This document shows positions 23,813 through 36,806 of a DNA stretch of 64,000 nucleotides, in pieces. This DNA comes from Sphaerodactylus townsendi. Lineage: Eukaryota. The stretch lies in assembly GCF_021028975.2 (NCBI RefSeq), contig NC_059434.1, positions 60,698,001-60,762,000 of the forward strand. Direction: 5' to 3'. The notes under the pieces were generated by a model. That model did no database searches and was not told where the DNA came from. It saw only the letters and a list, made by a program, of their open reading frames with translations. The stretch's first letter is position 1. Each line of letters starts with the position of its first letter. The translations under genes were made by a program, and so were the position numbers.

Positions 23813-23928
23813 TACTGTTGCGAGGCAGACTTTCTTTGTTCCTTTACTGCAAAGGCTCCCTGCCTTGCTTCTCACCGACTGAAACTTTCAATTCGGCCTT
23901 TTGGAAACTGGAAACATTCAAGTTAGAC

Positions 23929-24434
23929 TGTTCTGCTCCCCAGGTGGTTATCTAGGTGCCCTGCACCCGGCCAAAGCAGAATGTAAGACTCACGGACTCA
24001 GTTAACAGTTCAATACTTAAAGCTTTAATTGTAACAATGTTGACAGACCCTGACTCCTCCCGGGTCTAACTAAATAAAGGTTACTTTGTTGCAGAAACTT
24101 TCTGGAGTCTGGAATTTATTGTAAATACTGTGAGACTATAACATCTTAAATACTGTGAATCTATAACATCTTTGACTGTCTAACTTGTTGCTGTCACCCA
24201 GCTTCCGTTGGCACCTAACTGCTGCTGTCACCCAGCTTCCGTTGGCCCCTAACTGCCAAATCAGACAGGTTGCTGGGTAATAACTGCCGTAGAACACCAG
24301 CCCTAGGGCTTCTTAAAGGGACAGAACTAAATTCGGTTCCCTCCCACTGAATACTGTACAAAACATAGCTAAACCCATACTAACTGTGGGGAAACTAAAG
24401 GGGAAATAAACAAAGGCTCTGTGGGGGCATGACA
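23929..24434 (-). repeat. 5' LTR (506 bp)
   Basis: Begins TGTCATG and ends GAACA on the minus strand; AATAAA at 24120-24115; short internal tandem repeat at ~24189-24255. Confidence 0.97.
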
Positions 24435-24854
24435 GGTGGAAATCCTTCTGTCTGAAACACAGGTGTCTCTCGGGAAAATGTAGCCTGGTTCAAAATCTGA
24501 GTTTTCTGCCCCCCTCTCCTGTATAGGCAGCTGCCCCCCCCCCCCCACGACCAAACAATGTTTTTTTTGCGCCAGGTCTTAAAGACAGTGTACGGACCCA
24601 AGAGGAAGGAGGAGGGGTGTGGGGGCGATGTTCCACCCCCTACATGACTAAATGGCCACAGCCCGGGGACATTTGAAGATCTGTCTAGGAGACCTAGGTT
24701 CACATTTTTACTTTGCAGTAAAGCTTGTTTGGTGACCTTGGACCAGTCATACTCACCAGTCATTTCTCTACTTATAGGTTCCAATCTTCAGATTAGACCT
24801 GGAGTTCTCTAGAAATTGCAGCTTCCCAGACTGCAGAAATCAATTCACCTAGGG

Positions 24855-25002
24855 CAGGGGTAGGGAACCTGCGGCTCTCCAGATGTTCAGGAACTACAAT
24901 TCCCATCAGCCCCTACCAGCATGGCCAATTGGCCATGCTGACAGAGGCTGATGGGAATTATAGTTCCTGAACATCTGGAGAGCCGCAGGTTGCCTACCCC
25001 TG
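24855..25002. mobile_element. Palindromic hAT (Charlie-like) MITE
   Basis: CAGGGGTAGG...CCTACCCCTG, near-complete hairpin, perfect 8-bp TSD ACCTAGGG (24847-24854 and 25003-25010). Confidence 0.92.
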
Positions 25003-28000
25003 ACCTAGGGGAAATGACAGCTTCACAGGGCAGATTCAATAGCGGCTGAGTTCTCTCTGCTTCCAAAATTCCACTACCCACAAATCTCCCTCCTTCCCAA
25101 CCACCTAAGATTGCAAGGTCCCCACTGGAAACTGGCAGGGGGCGCAGCTAAGCTTGCCAACTCCAGGTTGGGAGATTCTTGGAGATTTGGGACTTCAGTG
25201 AGGCACAGTGCCATACAGTCCACTCTCCAAAGCATCAATATTCTCCAGAAGAAATGATCTCTGTCGGAGATGACCTATAATCCTGCAAGGCTTCAAGTCC
25301 TACCTGAAAGCTGGCATTCCTATGAACCACCAACCCTCAAATATCCGGAAATTTCCCAAGCTAGTGTCGACAACCTTACCTCTACTGCAGTGGCTTGCTG
25401 TAAGAATAAAATGGCAGAGGATATACACAGCCCTAATCTCCTTGGAAGAAGGAATGGGTTGGATTTATTTATGTAATGCGTCTTCGGGTGTTCAAAAAAA
25501 TATTAAAAGCAACCTAGGTTTAGAAAGGCCAATTAAAATAAAGGGGCTGTAGGCCAGCATGCCAGAGCAGTATAACTATCACTACTCTTGTAGTTTAAGC
25601 TACATCTTAATTAGTAGACCCTCCACTGGGACCTATGAATAGTTAATTTGTTAATTCATCTTGCATGTCAGTGCAGTTTGAGGTCACTCAAGTCTGCAAC
25701 AGTGTCATTGTTACTACTGAAAATTTCATTGCATTTTTAGCATTAGTGTTTCAGAGTCAGTCATTTGAATCCCAGGCACGCCCCTCTCCTCCCCACCCCC
25801 GAAGAGAAGATCAGTCAGTCATAGGACAAGCCAGCCTGGACTGGAAGAAGGTCTCCGCAAATGTAGCAGTGGGTAGATATTTAGTCTGCCAAGACCATCA
25901 GGTTTTGTGGTAAGCATTCATGCACGCACTGCCAAGTATTATGTTACACTTGGGAACAGTAAGTATCCCTTCCCAAAAAGCAGATGCTCACAGTGTTGGC
26001 TATTCTAACAGGAATTCTTTTTATTCTGGCAATAAGCAGGCAGCCTCCAAAGAGCACAACTCAGCAGTTACTGGAAAACAAAAGTAAAAGATAAGAACTG
26101 TGTAGGCTAGAATTTGCTTTTCATAGCGGGCCAGTTGGTTAACCTTTTCCTAACATTTTACTACAAATTAGATTGAGTTGCCAGATTTGTTTGATATTTT
26201 GTATTTAAAAATTGCTAAATCCCAATTAGCTTGCATATTAAAAAATGATACACATACAGTTTCTGATGTGTTTCTGTCTCTCTTTCTTGCTAGGTACTCC
26301 TCCCTCTCCTCCTCCCTTACCCAGGGTAGGTGTGTCTTGACCAGATGCCAGGCTGTCCCCTCCCCCTCCCCCTCCTTCCTTCCCAAGGTGGGCTGCAAGC
26401 CAGTCAGATTGGAGATTGTCGGGGAGATGTGTCACCTTTTGGCTGGTACAAGAATTCTGCCCACCTGCACTTTTGTGTCTACATTCTGTTGTTAGCTGGA
26501 CCTCTACAAAAGAACCTGAAGGCCTTATGGCAAGTCTGCTTTGGGAGAGGCAATCAACGAAATGTAGATTAAGACAAATGTTAAAATGACCTCAGGTTCG
26601 GGTAATAGAATCTTAGAATCTAAGATTATTGCTCGGCTTTTGGGTTTGAGTGGGAACGAGTTTCAAAAGAAAGCAATATGTTGCCTTCTTGGATTTAGAT
26701 TGTAGCCATAAAAATGAGACATCGGAAAGGCTTTAAAATGATTACTTCACCTGCAATTTCCCTCCTTAGCCTAATCTTTATGGCATACAAATGTCAGACT
26801 GTTAATTCAGTTTATAGTTGTATGGACCCTGAAGCTTGAATGAGTTCTGTTATCTATTATATAAATGCAAAGATGCTCTTTGATGTGCAACACTTGGTGA
26901 CTTGGGAGAATAAATATGGAATACTCTGTGGACATTTATAAAAAGAAATCCACACATTACAAGTCTACTAGGATTTCCCTTTTTAAAATAAACATTGCCC
27001 ACTGACTTTGTCTTACATGGTGGACTTATGCACTCAGATAAGCACCATGGAGAGCTGATATTTCTAAGACAGACATTCTACTGGGTCCGTTTCAGGCTTT
27101 TTGTAATTACAGGGGAATATTAATGAAAGGCATTATTGCACTGGTTACTTCTACATTATAAAAATTATGATCTGAAGTTCTGGGAGTGATGAGCCTCATA
27201 TCTACTGTCAGTGCTCATATTAACAAAGAAATGAAGTGTGAAGTCAATCTACAGGTGGAATCTCCTGGAATTACAACTGATTTCCAGACAATAGAACTCA
27301 GTCCCCCAGCTGAAAATAGCAGTTTCAGAGGGCAGAATCTGTGGCATCACATCTCTGTTATGCTTGCTGAACTCCACATTTGCCTGGCATTTTCCCCCAA
27401 GCTCCAGGAATTTCTCAAGCCAAAGTTGACAAATGTAGATACCAGTAAGCAAAATAAATACCCAACAAAATGTAGAAATTATGAGATTCAGAGTTGGGCT
27501 TACTGTGAGTCCTAGTGGCCCAGGTGGTAGATTTCAGATATCGTTTAGGATAGCAGATTTTATGTATCTCTAACAAGGTTTTTCGAAAACAACATTTGAC
27601 CTAGGATATCACAATGCTTTAACTCTTTCAACTCTTCAAAAGTTTAACTCTTTAGGCTGGTAAGAACCTCAGAACTAATTTCAAGATTAAAAACAATGGC
27701 TTGGGTGTAGGGACTCTTGTGCACAAGGGGGTGGTTTGCGAATTTCTAAGGATTTCCCCCATGCTTACAAAATACAGCTCCCAAAGAATCTTCCAATCCA
27801 CTGTAACACCTTTTCAAGAAATACAATAGGATGCCATGAAGCAGGTGATAGGGAAGCTTTACTGGCTTAGTTCTTTTTGTTGAAAAGGGTATAGGCTTAA
27901 GCATTGATAAACAATATTGATACAGGTTTGGGTTCTTTTAACCTGGAATTTTTATGGCTTCTACTGAAAATATTTGGGTTACAAAACTTGAACCTGAAAT

Positions 28001-29024
28001 TTTAAATCCTTTGGATGGAGCTGTGAGTAAGCTATTAATAGACTTTAAGGCTATGATCTTATTTGAACACGATAGGCAGTAAGTGTCACAGAAACCAATG
28101 AAACCCAATTAAAATCAATAGGAAGTAGGCATGTATACAGAACAGCCTTTCAAATTTTACTTCAGGTGACCATGTGGACTTTCCATTTTTGACTTCCATT
28201 TTTACTAATGAAGGCTAAATGACACCGACTAAGGAATGAGCGAATGTGGGTGTTCAGCATTTAACTTCCAAAAGTTCAGGAGTAACACTACCAGAGTCAC
28301 TGTTGTCTCAGAAGAGAGCAAGCCCTGGCATAAGCCAAAAGATGAGGTAAAAAAATACACTGACTTTTTTACTGTGGTAGTTGATAAGAGGCGATGCAAT
28401 CTAACTGGTAGACAGCACAGTGTATTTGGTTTGCAACAATCTGAATAATATGTGAATTGGGTTGCCTAGATATGGGAAACATCAATATGGCAACTCTATT
28501 ATCAGGCACTGTTCTTAGACTGAAAAATGTATTCATTCTCCTTTGTGGCTGACATTTTAACCATAGAAGCCATCTTGGTGTGCAATGGAGCACAGGGTCC
28601 ATGTGCTATGCTAATACAATCCCTCCCTCACCTGCCTTTTAATCATGGCTGCCAGATAGATGGTCAAACTTAGAGGTTTCTGTTACCGTGACAGTTCCCT
28701 TGCAGTAAAGAAGGGAATGGGCAGCCCAGCTCAGTTTTTTTTCTTGCCTCTATTCTGCTCATACCCTTCCTGCCCAGGTATCTCGCTGTTAACAGTGTGC
28801 CAAGTTTACTCTTGCTGTCCAGCAAGGAGCAATAAGCTTGACGTTGTTGTGTGGAAACTGGGTGCATTGATAGGAGCTTATACCACAGCTCGCTGAAGGC
28901 ATAGTCGAGCTAGACTTGAGTCCAGTAGCACTTTAGAAACAAGATTTGGGGGCATAGTCTTTTGAGAATCAAAGTTCCCTTTGTCCCATTTGGGTGTAGT
29001 TTGCGTGCATAAGTTGAATGAGTT

Positions 29025-29460
29025 TTATTTATTTCTTTACAACATTTGTATCCCACCTTTCTGCCCTTATAATGGCCAACAGGACAGCTGACAATTTAAA
29101 ACATGCATGATACAATGACATTTTAAAACCATTAAAAACAATGCCCCCCCCCCCAAAAAAAAACTTCCCACACATAATTAAAACAACTATGGGCAGAGTT
29201 AAAATGCATACAAAACATAAAAATGGCAGTTAAAACATTGGTTGGGAAGGAGGAGTAACAAATGAAGCAAAAAAGTTTTCACCCACTGATATAAGAAGAG
29301 GACAGATGAATTTCCCTGGGGACGGATTTCCATATCACTGGTGTCCTGACCAAAGAAGCTCTCTCCTGGGATGCCACCTTCCTGATCTCAAAAGACACCC
29401 AAAGCAGGACTGCAAAGGTTACCACAGTGGTTAGGTAGGTACATAAGGGAGGTAGTTGCA
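29025..29460 (-). mobile_element. L2-like LINE 3' fragment
   Basis: TTTATTTATT tail, TATCCCACCTTTC end motif and degenerate RT C-terminal remnant. Confidence 0.5.
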
Positions 29461-30532
29461 TATTACAGTATGACTTAATTCTCATCCATTCAGCATAGCT
29501 CTAGTTACGGTTTTATATTATCAGGAAAATTGATAACAAAATGGCCTTGCTGCTGTAGTTAGAAGTTTTAATTAAGCAAATGTGTATCAACCGAAGCTTT
29601 TATTAAAAGTTGCATCAACTCTTCCTTTTCAACAAAGATTGATTATGATAGTGGGAGAGCTCACTTGAGTACTTGAACAAAAAAAAGTGTTGGGGGGGTA
29701 TAATTACAAATAGGTGAGTCTACAGAACTTTGCCTAAAGGTATAGTGCAAAATAAATGCAACTTTGGTGTGCTCAGAAGTTTTTATTGGCATGAGGTTGA
29801 GATGGCGGTATCACCCAGGTGCAGGGAATCCATGATTGAGTTACGGCTGTCTTGTCGAACGAGTGCCAATACGATCCAAACTGTCATAGAGTCTGTACAC
29901 GCCACATATTTTACAAGGGGGAAAAACCCCCATGATTTTAGACACTATTTAAAAATATCAGCAGAATGAACTTTGATAGCTTCTGCTTGATCAGACAGGT
30001 TCTCAGTACAGTCAGTCCAACCGTACAGATCAAAGAAGCAACAAAAAAAAACACACTTAGCACATTTGGGGGGTAAACACTTGAGTAAATTACTCTGTTC
30101 ATAATTTGCCTGCTGTGACATTATATCTCATTCTTAACAGCCAAATCTGAGGATACTTAAATCCACAGATTGAAGCTATGAACACATAAGATAGATCTTT
30201 CTATAAACCTGAAAAATGCCTAGGTTTTCAGAATCCCCACCCCCCAATCTTAAAAAAATTAAATTGGAGGGAGTTTAAAAAATCCAGATAAGGGAATATC
30301 TGTAAGTTTAAGAAATGGATGGTATCAGTGTTGGTTGTTAGTCAATCACAATAGTTTTGACACTGTTCTAGGCTTGATTTCTGTCAGTAAAAGGTAGGGG
30401 AATGGGATTTCCAGGGTTGTTTTGGCCTTTGAGGGAAACTCACTGGGGCCAGACCTCTTGGCAGTCACTGGCTGACTTGCTACTACTTATCTTATGTGAC
30501 TCACCTAGGACTGGCAGCATGCTACTCCACAA

Positions 30533-30925
30533 AACCCAGCTTGTTATAGTAGGTAGAGTTTCAGAATAGGATCTGGGTGTCCCAAATTTGAACCACTACT
30601 CTGCTCAGTAGAAAGCTCATTAGGTGACCTTAGTCAAGTCACACATTCTTAGCTGAACTTACTTCACACTGTTATTGTTGTTGTGAGGATAACATGGAGG
30701 AGAAATGAATGATGTAAGCAGCTTTGGGTCCCCATTGCAGAGAAGTAGTTGAATAAACTAGTCTAGCCCTATTTTGTCAGGGTTTGGAAACTAAGCAAGA
30801 TTGGCCATGGTGAGTACTTGTATGGGAGACTGCCAAAGAGGAAGACAATACCACCTCTGATCATCTCCTGCCTTGAAGACCCATTGGGGTGTGTTATAAG
30901 TCTCTTGTGACTTAACAGCACTTAT
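30533..30925 (+). mobile_element. Degenerate CORE SINE followed by a 5S-derived SINE
   Basis: GGTGACCTTAGTCAAGTCAC core, then CTAAGCAAG...TACTTGTATGGGAGAC 5S-like head. Confidence 0.6.
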
Positions 30926-33317
30926 TATTCTGTTCCCACTCTCTAGCACAGCCATGGGAATCAAGATTTTTGCTTCCTCCCTTCCTATCAAATTATCTGG
31001 GAAAAACAAAGTGTTTATATTTGGATGGGGAACATCAATAACATAAAATATTTGCAAGAAGTAATCAAGCTAGCTGATTGGCCAGAACAGTGAAGATATT
31101 AGCCCAAGGATGCCTGGTCTGCTGGTTTTGAAGTTCACAGAGTCAACAAGTACACATGATAGTGCTTATTATGGAATTTTGTGCATGTGCCTACAAAATG
31201 GTTGACTTTGAATGCCTAGTTTGTTATCGGTATGCTCAGAATCTCATTTTATAGACCAACCCTCCCACCAAAAAAACCTTCTCAAGAAAATGGCACTGAT
31301 TTGGGGTACAGCCAAGCATGAGGTGCTGGATGAATCCGGGTGCCTAGCGAGATAATTTAGCATTTCAGCAAATATGCTATCAATAACTTCTGAAATAGTC
31401 ATAGGTACTTTTTAGAGACAGTGAATCACAAATGCATACAGGCTTCTGATTTCAGAATTGGCTAACCCTTGATTACAATTGCATAAGTGTATGAAATGCT
31501 GCTGAATCATCCATCTTACCTCTACTGTGGTTAGATGAAAAAATACTGTGTGTATTGAACAAATGAACTGGTTCTGCTTTGCCAACGCTTTCAGTGCAAT
31601 ATTCATTACATAGATTCCTGGTTACCTCTGCCTACGTTGCTGCACTAAGTTGATTAATCTCTATTGTGAATATTTAAGAGTTACCAGCAGCAAACCACAT
31701 CAAAATTTGTTATTGATGGGTTGAGCTGACCTGAATTCTGATTGTTCATTTTTAAAAAAGTAACACAGAGGTGATCCAGAGACCTGGACAGTCACCTATC
31801 AGTGTATACGTGTTGCTAGATCTGCCTCCTGTCTATATTAGGTGGGGTTCCAGCAGTATCTATATCACATTAATAAAATTGACCATTGCCTTATTAGAAT
31901 GAAAGCAACCTTAATTATGTTATTAGTTGTCTTAAAGCACATTATCTTCAATGCTCGAAACATAGGATATACATATTTTATACATTTTTATCCTGCCCTT
32001 TCTCCAAGGAGCTTTGGACAATGTACCTCTTTCTCCCTTCCCAATTTCATCCTTACAACTGTTTTGTGAAGTAGGTTAGGCTATGAAAGAGTGATTATCC
32101 CAAACTAACCCAGCAGGCTTCATGACAGGGGCTACCCTGAACCTGGATCTCCCAGACTGCCGTGTAGATTGATCCACCACATCATAATCCTTCCGTAAAT
32201 CTGATAAAATAAGGCAGTATTATTAGAGATGGGAAAACGAGACTGAGAGACTATGGCTTGATAAGATCACCCAGCAAACTTGTGGCTAAAGTGAAATTTG
32301 AATCACACTTCCCAGATTACTTGCTGACAGTATATCTTTGTGCTAGATATGAGTGATCAAGGTTTTTCAATACGGAAATATAAATAAATCAACAGTGAAT
32401 AAATTAGGGTTACAAGTATCTGAGGGCTTTCTGTAAGGCAAACTCTGTCCTGAGAGTCCAACAAAGCTACTGCAAACAGATGTTTTCTTTTTCTTCAGGA
32501 TTCTGAGTGTGCCACATCTGTTACTCCAGCCACCGGCAGTAAGGGATTGAGGAAGAATGTTTCACGCTGCTTTTTAAACAGGAGAACTACTGGAATATAG
32601 TTCAAGCTGAGAACTACCATTCTACCACTTGGTTGCTTTATGGTCTCATAAGGCAACAGGAAGTGACTCTTTTCTTTGAAGAAATAGAACCTTTGTTTTG
32701 TCTCAGATCCTTCCAACTCCTTATTAGTTTGGACGGCATGCTGGTTGTAGCTGTCAGTCCTGTATTCCTCCCTATTCTTTTTGTTGGCTGCCTATAGAGA
32801 CTTGGTTTAAAATCACACTGTTGGCACTTGTAAATATGTAGGCCATGTTTAGTGAAATCTCAACAGCAGAGGAAGAACAGAGCACTTACTGTTTGAGGGT
32901 TGGGGGGGAAGAGAGATTACCACAGAATCCTTGTTCTTCTTGCACCCGTTCTTTTCCCTGGACACCATCCCAACAGTGAATTTATCCACAACATTCATAG
33001 AGTTTCCTCCTTCTCTAAATAATGGTTTAAAAAGTTCATCAAAGCTCTTTATTGAAGTGGAATAAGTGAGGAAAAACAATCACACATGTTTGCTTGAATG
33101 TTCAGTTGCCTTGGTATAGAATTTTAGGAAGGGGTCATTAAACACATACAGTCATGGAAGCAGTCATATCCCTTTGCTATCTATGCTAGAAGACATCTGC
33201 CAAAGGATGAGTCCACTGGATTGGATCCAAACAGCTTTTCACCTGATGAAAAAGGAAGAATCAAAATGATGGCCGAAATGGCTCCAATGAGAATCAGACA
33301 ATCTCCATCAACAAAAC

Positions 33318-33523
33318 ACATGAAGCTGCCTTATATTGAGTCAGGCCATTGGTTCATTAAGATCAGTGTTGTCTACTCAGACTGGCAGCAACTCTCCAAG
33401 GTCTCAAGCAGAGATCTTCACATCACTTCCTACCCGAACCTTGTAACTGGAGATGCCAGGGATTGAATCTAAAGCCTTCTGGATGCCAAGTAGATACTCT
33501 ATGACTGAGCCATGGCTCCTCCA
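33318..33523 (-). mobile_element. Squam2-like SINE
   Basis: tRNA-like head on the minus strand with a CR1-like 3' end. Confidence 0.65.
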
Positions 33524-33794
33524 CATAAAGAAGTCGTATGGGACAAGGATTGTTATAGAGGAACTGATTGCTGACTGGATTCAACCCACTGTAATAGTCC
33601 CAGTTTTCAGCGTGGTTTTATGCTTTGTGTTATGTACTTGTATGCTTTGTGTTATTTATTGGCTGACTTTTTAATGGTCACTTTAATAAGTCTGGTTGAT
33701 GAGTGTGAGGGTGTCCTATATTGGGATCTTGGTGAACAGGAAGAATGCAGCAAAGCTGACCAGTTTGTTGTTGGGGCTGAGTTTGCGGGTACAG

Positions 33795-34500
33795 ACTGAT
33801 CAGGTTTGATGTGACGTTACCAATAAAGGATACCTTTGCACTCATCAATCAGATCTTCCTGACTGATTTCACATCCCTGTTTCAACGTTGTCTGACAACC
33901 AGTTATTTCCAATGGGACTAAGGTTTCTATGAACAGATGGATGGGGTGGCCCTGTAAAGTCCCCTCAACCGTGTTATAGCTAATTTTTACATAGAATACT
34001 TTGAAAAACAATCCCTAGACTAGGCCCCTCAAAAACCAACTATATGTTTCTGGTTTATGGATGATACTTGTACAATTTAGTGCCTTGGTGAGGAGGAGTT
34101 GATGAAATTTTTGGACCACCTTAACAACATTAATCTTATTCCCAATTCATCTTAGTCCCAATTCACTCAAATCATTCAAATCATTCAATGGAAAAGGAAA
34201 AAAGAGAGGAAACTGCCATTTCTGGATGTCATGAGCATCCATACAACAAACCAACAATTGGACCACAGAGTCTATAGAAAACTGATCCACACAGACTGAT
34301 CTCTACACAAAACTCCACTCACCACCCACAACAAAAAAGGGGGATAATCAAAAATTTACTAGACCATGTAAAATGGATCTGCGAACCTCTCCTTCTCACT
34401 GATGAACTGAATCACCTAGATTAGGTAAGCAAATGGCTACCCCACAACGGAAATCCAAAGAGCTATAAAACCAAGAGAAAAACACATGATGGAGGAAGAC
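33795..34500 (+). mobile_element. Penelope-like reverse transcriptase remnant
   Basis: Decayed frame reading CLTTSYFQWD*GFYEQMDGVAL, VIANFYIEYFEK, FMDDT, FLDHLN, LPFLDV, VYRK. Confidence 0.85.
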
Positions 34501-35775
34501 ACCTAGGGAAATCACCCCTTTTTCATGATGAGATCCCCCCCACAGCCCAGTATTGGGTAAATGGATGGATGAAAGAGATGGTCATGGAACATTGAGTCAA
34601 CCAGGAAAGAAGGGCTAATAGAAAAACAAGCCCATGCCTCACTGAGAATAAGCCTAACTATATGATATGCCTTTTCTCAGAATATTCTGGTCCCAGTCAA
34701 CAAATGTGATCTGGGAGTTCCATTCATTCCAGGCACGGATGGGGCCCAATTCAGATCAGGTCTGCAGCATGCTGGAAGGGGTCTAAACCTTCCAACACTA
34801 TTTTGCTGATCCAAAACAGCCCCAGGTAGTTTATAACCCATTGGCCCATATTAAGTGTCCTTGGCAAGAAGTCTTATTTGGGCCACTTCATGTTGGGAAA
34901 ATGGTGTGGAAACTTCCAGACCACATCTGTCTACTGTACCCAGGTACATACCTGGGGGAAGAGTATCATGTAGTTTGGACCAAATTAGTAGGTGTTTCTC
35001 CTTCAGTGTTTAATGAATCGAAACAATAGCCCATTAAAAGATTAGGGCAGGAGAGGCACATGAGGATAGAGTTAAGTCCTTAGTATACAAGCCTCTGATA
35101 TTTATCCTATAATGTTTTTGTCTCAAAGGAATTCATTGCTTACTGCTGATGTTTATACTTGTGCTGTGTGGTCATACATGAGCATAAACACAGACAAGAT
35201 TCCACAGTTCAAGATTCACTGGTTCATTTATTTAAAATACTTATACCCTGCTTTATCTCTTTAGAATTAAGGCTACCACAAGATGGAAGCTGGTTAAAGA
35301 ACAGAGCTGACACATGCGGAGATGCAGTTATTTTAAAAGCTAGATCATTGGCAAGTTGAGCATTTTAAAAGTGAATTACATAAATAATATTTTTGTGGTG
35401 TGCATACATTTAATCTTTTATTCAGATAAATTATTCTGAAACATTAATGCAAAATAAATATAAAAGATATGACGTGCTGCAGTTTCTGGAAATGGATGAA
35501 TTTGAAAGTAAAATATGTAGCTGGAAAAATATGGAAAAGGATCATTCCAATCAAATTAGAATGAGGAAATGTGAGATTAAAAACCTCAATGCAGAAGTTA
35601 CCTGGTGAAGAAAATTATAAACAACTAAACACCATATAACTTTGTGGGAGATGTTTTCATTTAGGTTTAAGTTTGAATAAGCTCCTAAAAACATGTAATT
35701 TCAAGACAGAATAACTACTTCAAAATTAATATAATTGATTAACAATTAAAATTATAACAGAAGTAGAATGAGGTT

Positions 35776-35997
35776 NNNNNNNNNNNNNNNNNNNNNNNNN
35801 NNNNNNNNNNNNNNNNNNNNNNNNNNNNNNNNNNNNNNNNNNNNNNNNNNNNNNNNNNNNNNNNNNNNNNNNNNNNNNNNNNNNNNNNNNNNNNNNNNNN
35901 NNNNNNNNNNNNNNNNNNNNNNNNNNNNNNNNNNNNNNNNNNNNNNNNNNNNNNNNNNNNNNNNNNNNNNNNNNNNNNNNNNNNNNNNNNNNNNNNN
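35776..35997. other. Assembly gap
   Basis: Run of N. Confidence 1.
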
Positions 35998-36290
35998 ATT
36001 CGAGAGTGGGGGTGAGGGAAGGTTTTCTGTCACTACTGGATATAAAGCCAAGGTACTGATTTCTTTCTGAAATAAATTTTTGAAAAGCAGGATGCAAACT
36101 CCCGCTGCCAGGAAACTAAAGTCCTGGTTATAAGTTACAGTGAACACATGTACAATCTGTGTACATTAGACACTTGATTCCTTTTTGTATGAGCAACGTC
36201 TCCCACATTTATCCAGGTATTGGTCCCTGATTTCCTTTGTTAAAGTGAATGCATGTTGGCTCTTTCTTACAAAGTTATATGCGCATATGG

Positions 36291-36806
36291 CAGTGGTGGC
36301 GAACCTATGGCACAGGTGCCAGAGGTGGCATTCAGAGCCCTCTCTGTGGGCACACGCACACAGAGTCACCCCCACCCCCACATCTAGGCTGGCCTGGGCC
36401 ACTGGGCTCGATTATTGCCATTAAACCTAAGACCTAGTTTTGGGGAAGTAGGTAACCCTGTTAAGCGCTGCTAAACCCCACTGATTTTCATGCGCAGAAT
36501 TAAAGCGCGATTCTTTACCTGGGAGTAACATAAAATATTACCATCGGGTGCCTCGGTTGCTGGCAAAGGGGCTTGCTTCTGAGGGTCATGATTCACTCAT
36601 TGGAAGAATTGCATGGCTGCTTCAAAGCATAGCCACTGACTACCACTAAGCTTATTCCCGAGTGACGCACACCTCGGAGCCAACCGTTTTTTCCATACAA
36701 AAACCTCAGTATTCAGGTTAAATTGCCATGTTGGCACTTTGCGATAAATAAGTGGGTTTTGGGTTGCAATTCGGGCACTCGGTCTCGAAAAGGTTCGACA
36801 TCACTG
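36291..36806. mobile_element. Non-autonomous hAT transposon (516 bp)
   Basis: TIRs CAGTGGTGGCGAACCT / AGGTTCGACATCACTG; 8-bp TSD GCATATGG/GGATATGG. Confidence 0.9.

Larger units (their letters stand above)
18016..24434 (-). mobile_element. BEL/Pao LTR retrotransposon, integrase-deleted, 6419 bp
   Basis: Two TG...CA LTRs; 5-bp TSD GGTGG (18011-18015 and 24435-24439); Gag with zinc knuckles, RT (YVDD), Pao RNase H motifs ([25 protein letters not shown]). It splits one arm of a small inverted-repeat element (17866-18015 plus 24440-24447). Confidence 0.97.

Noticed and set aside
28236-28346. ATG...GAG/GTAAAA exon-like segment
   Set aside because: No recognisable product and stops in all frames just upstream.
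35726-36147. ORFs spanning N-runs (also 62731-63006)
   Set aside because: Artefacts of assembly gaps.
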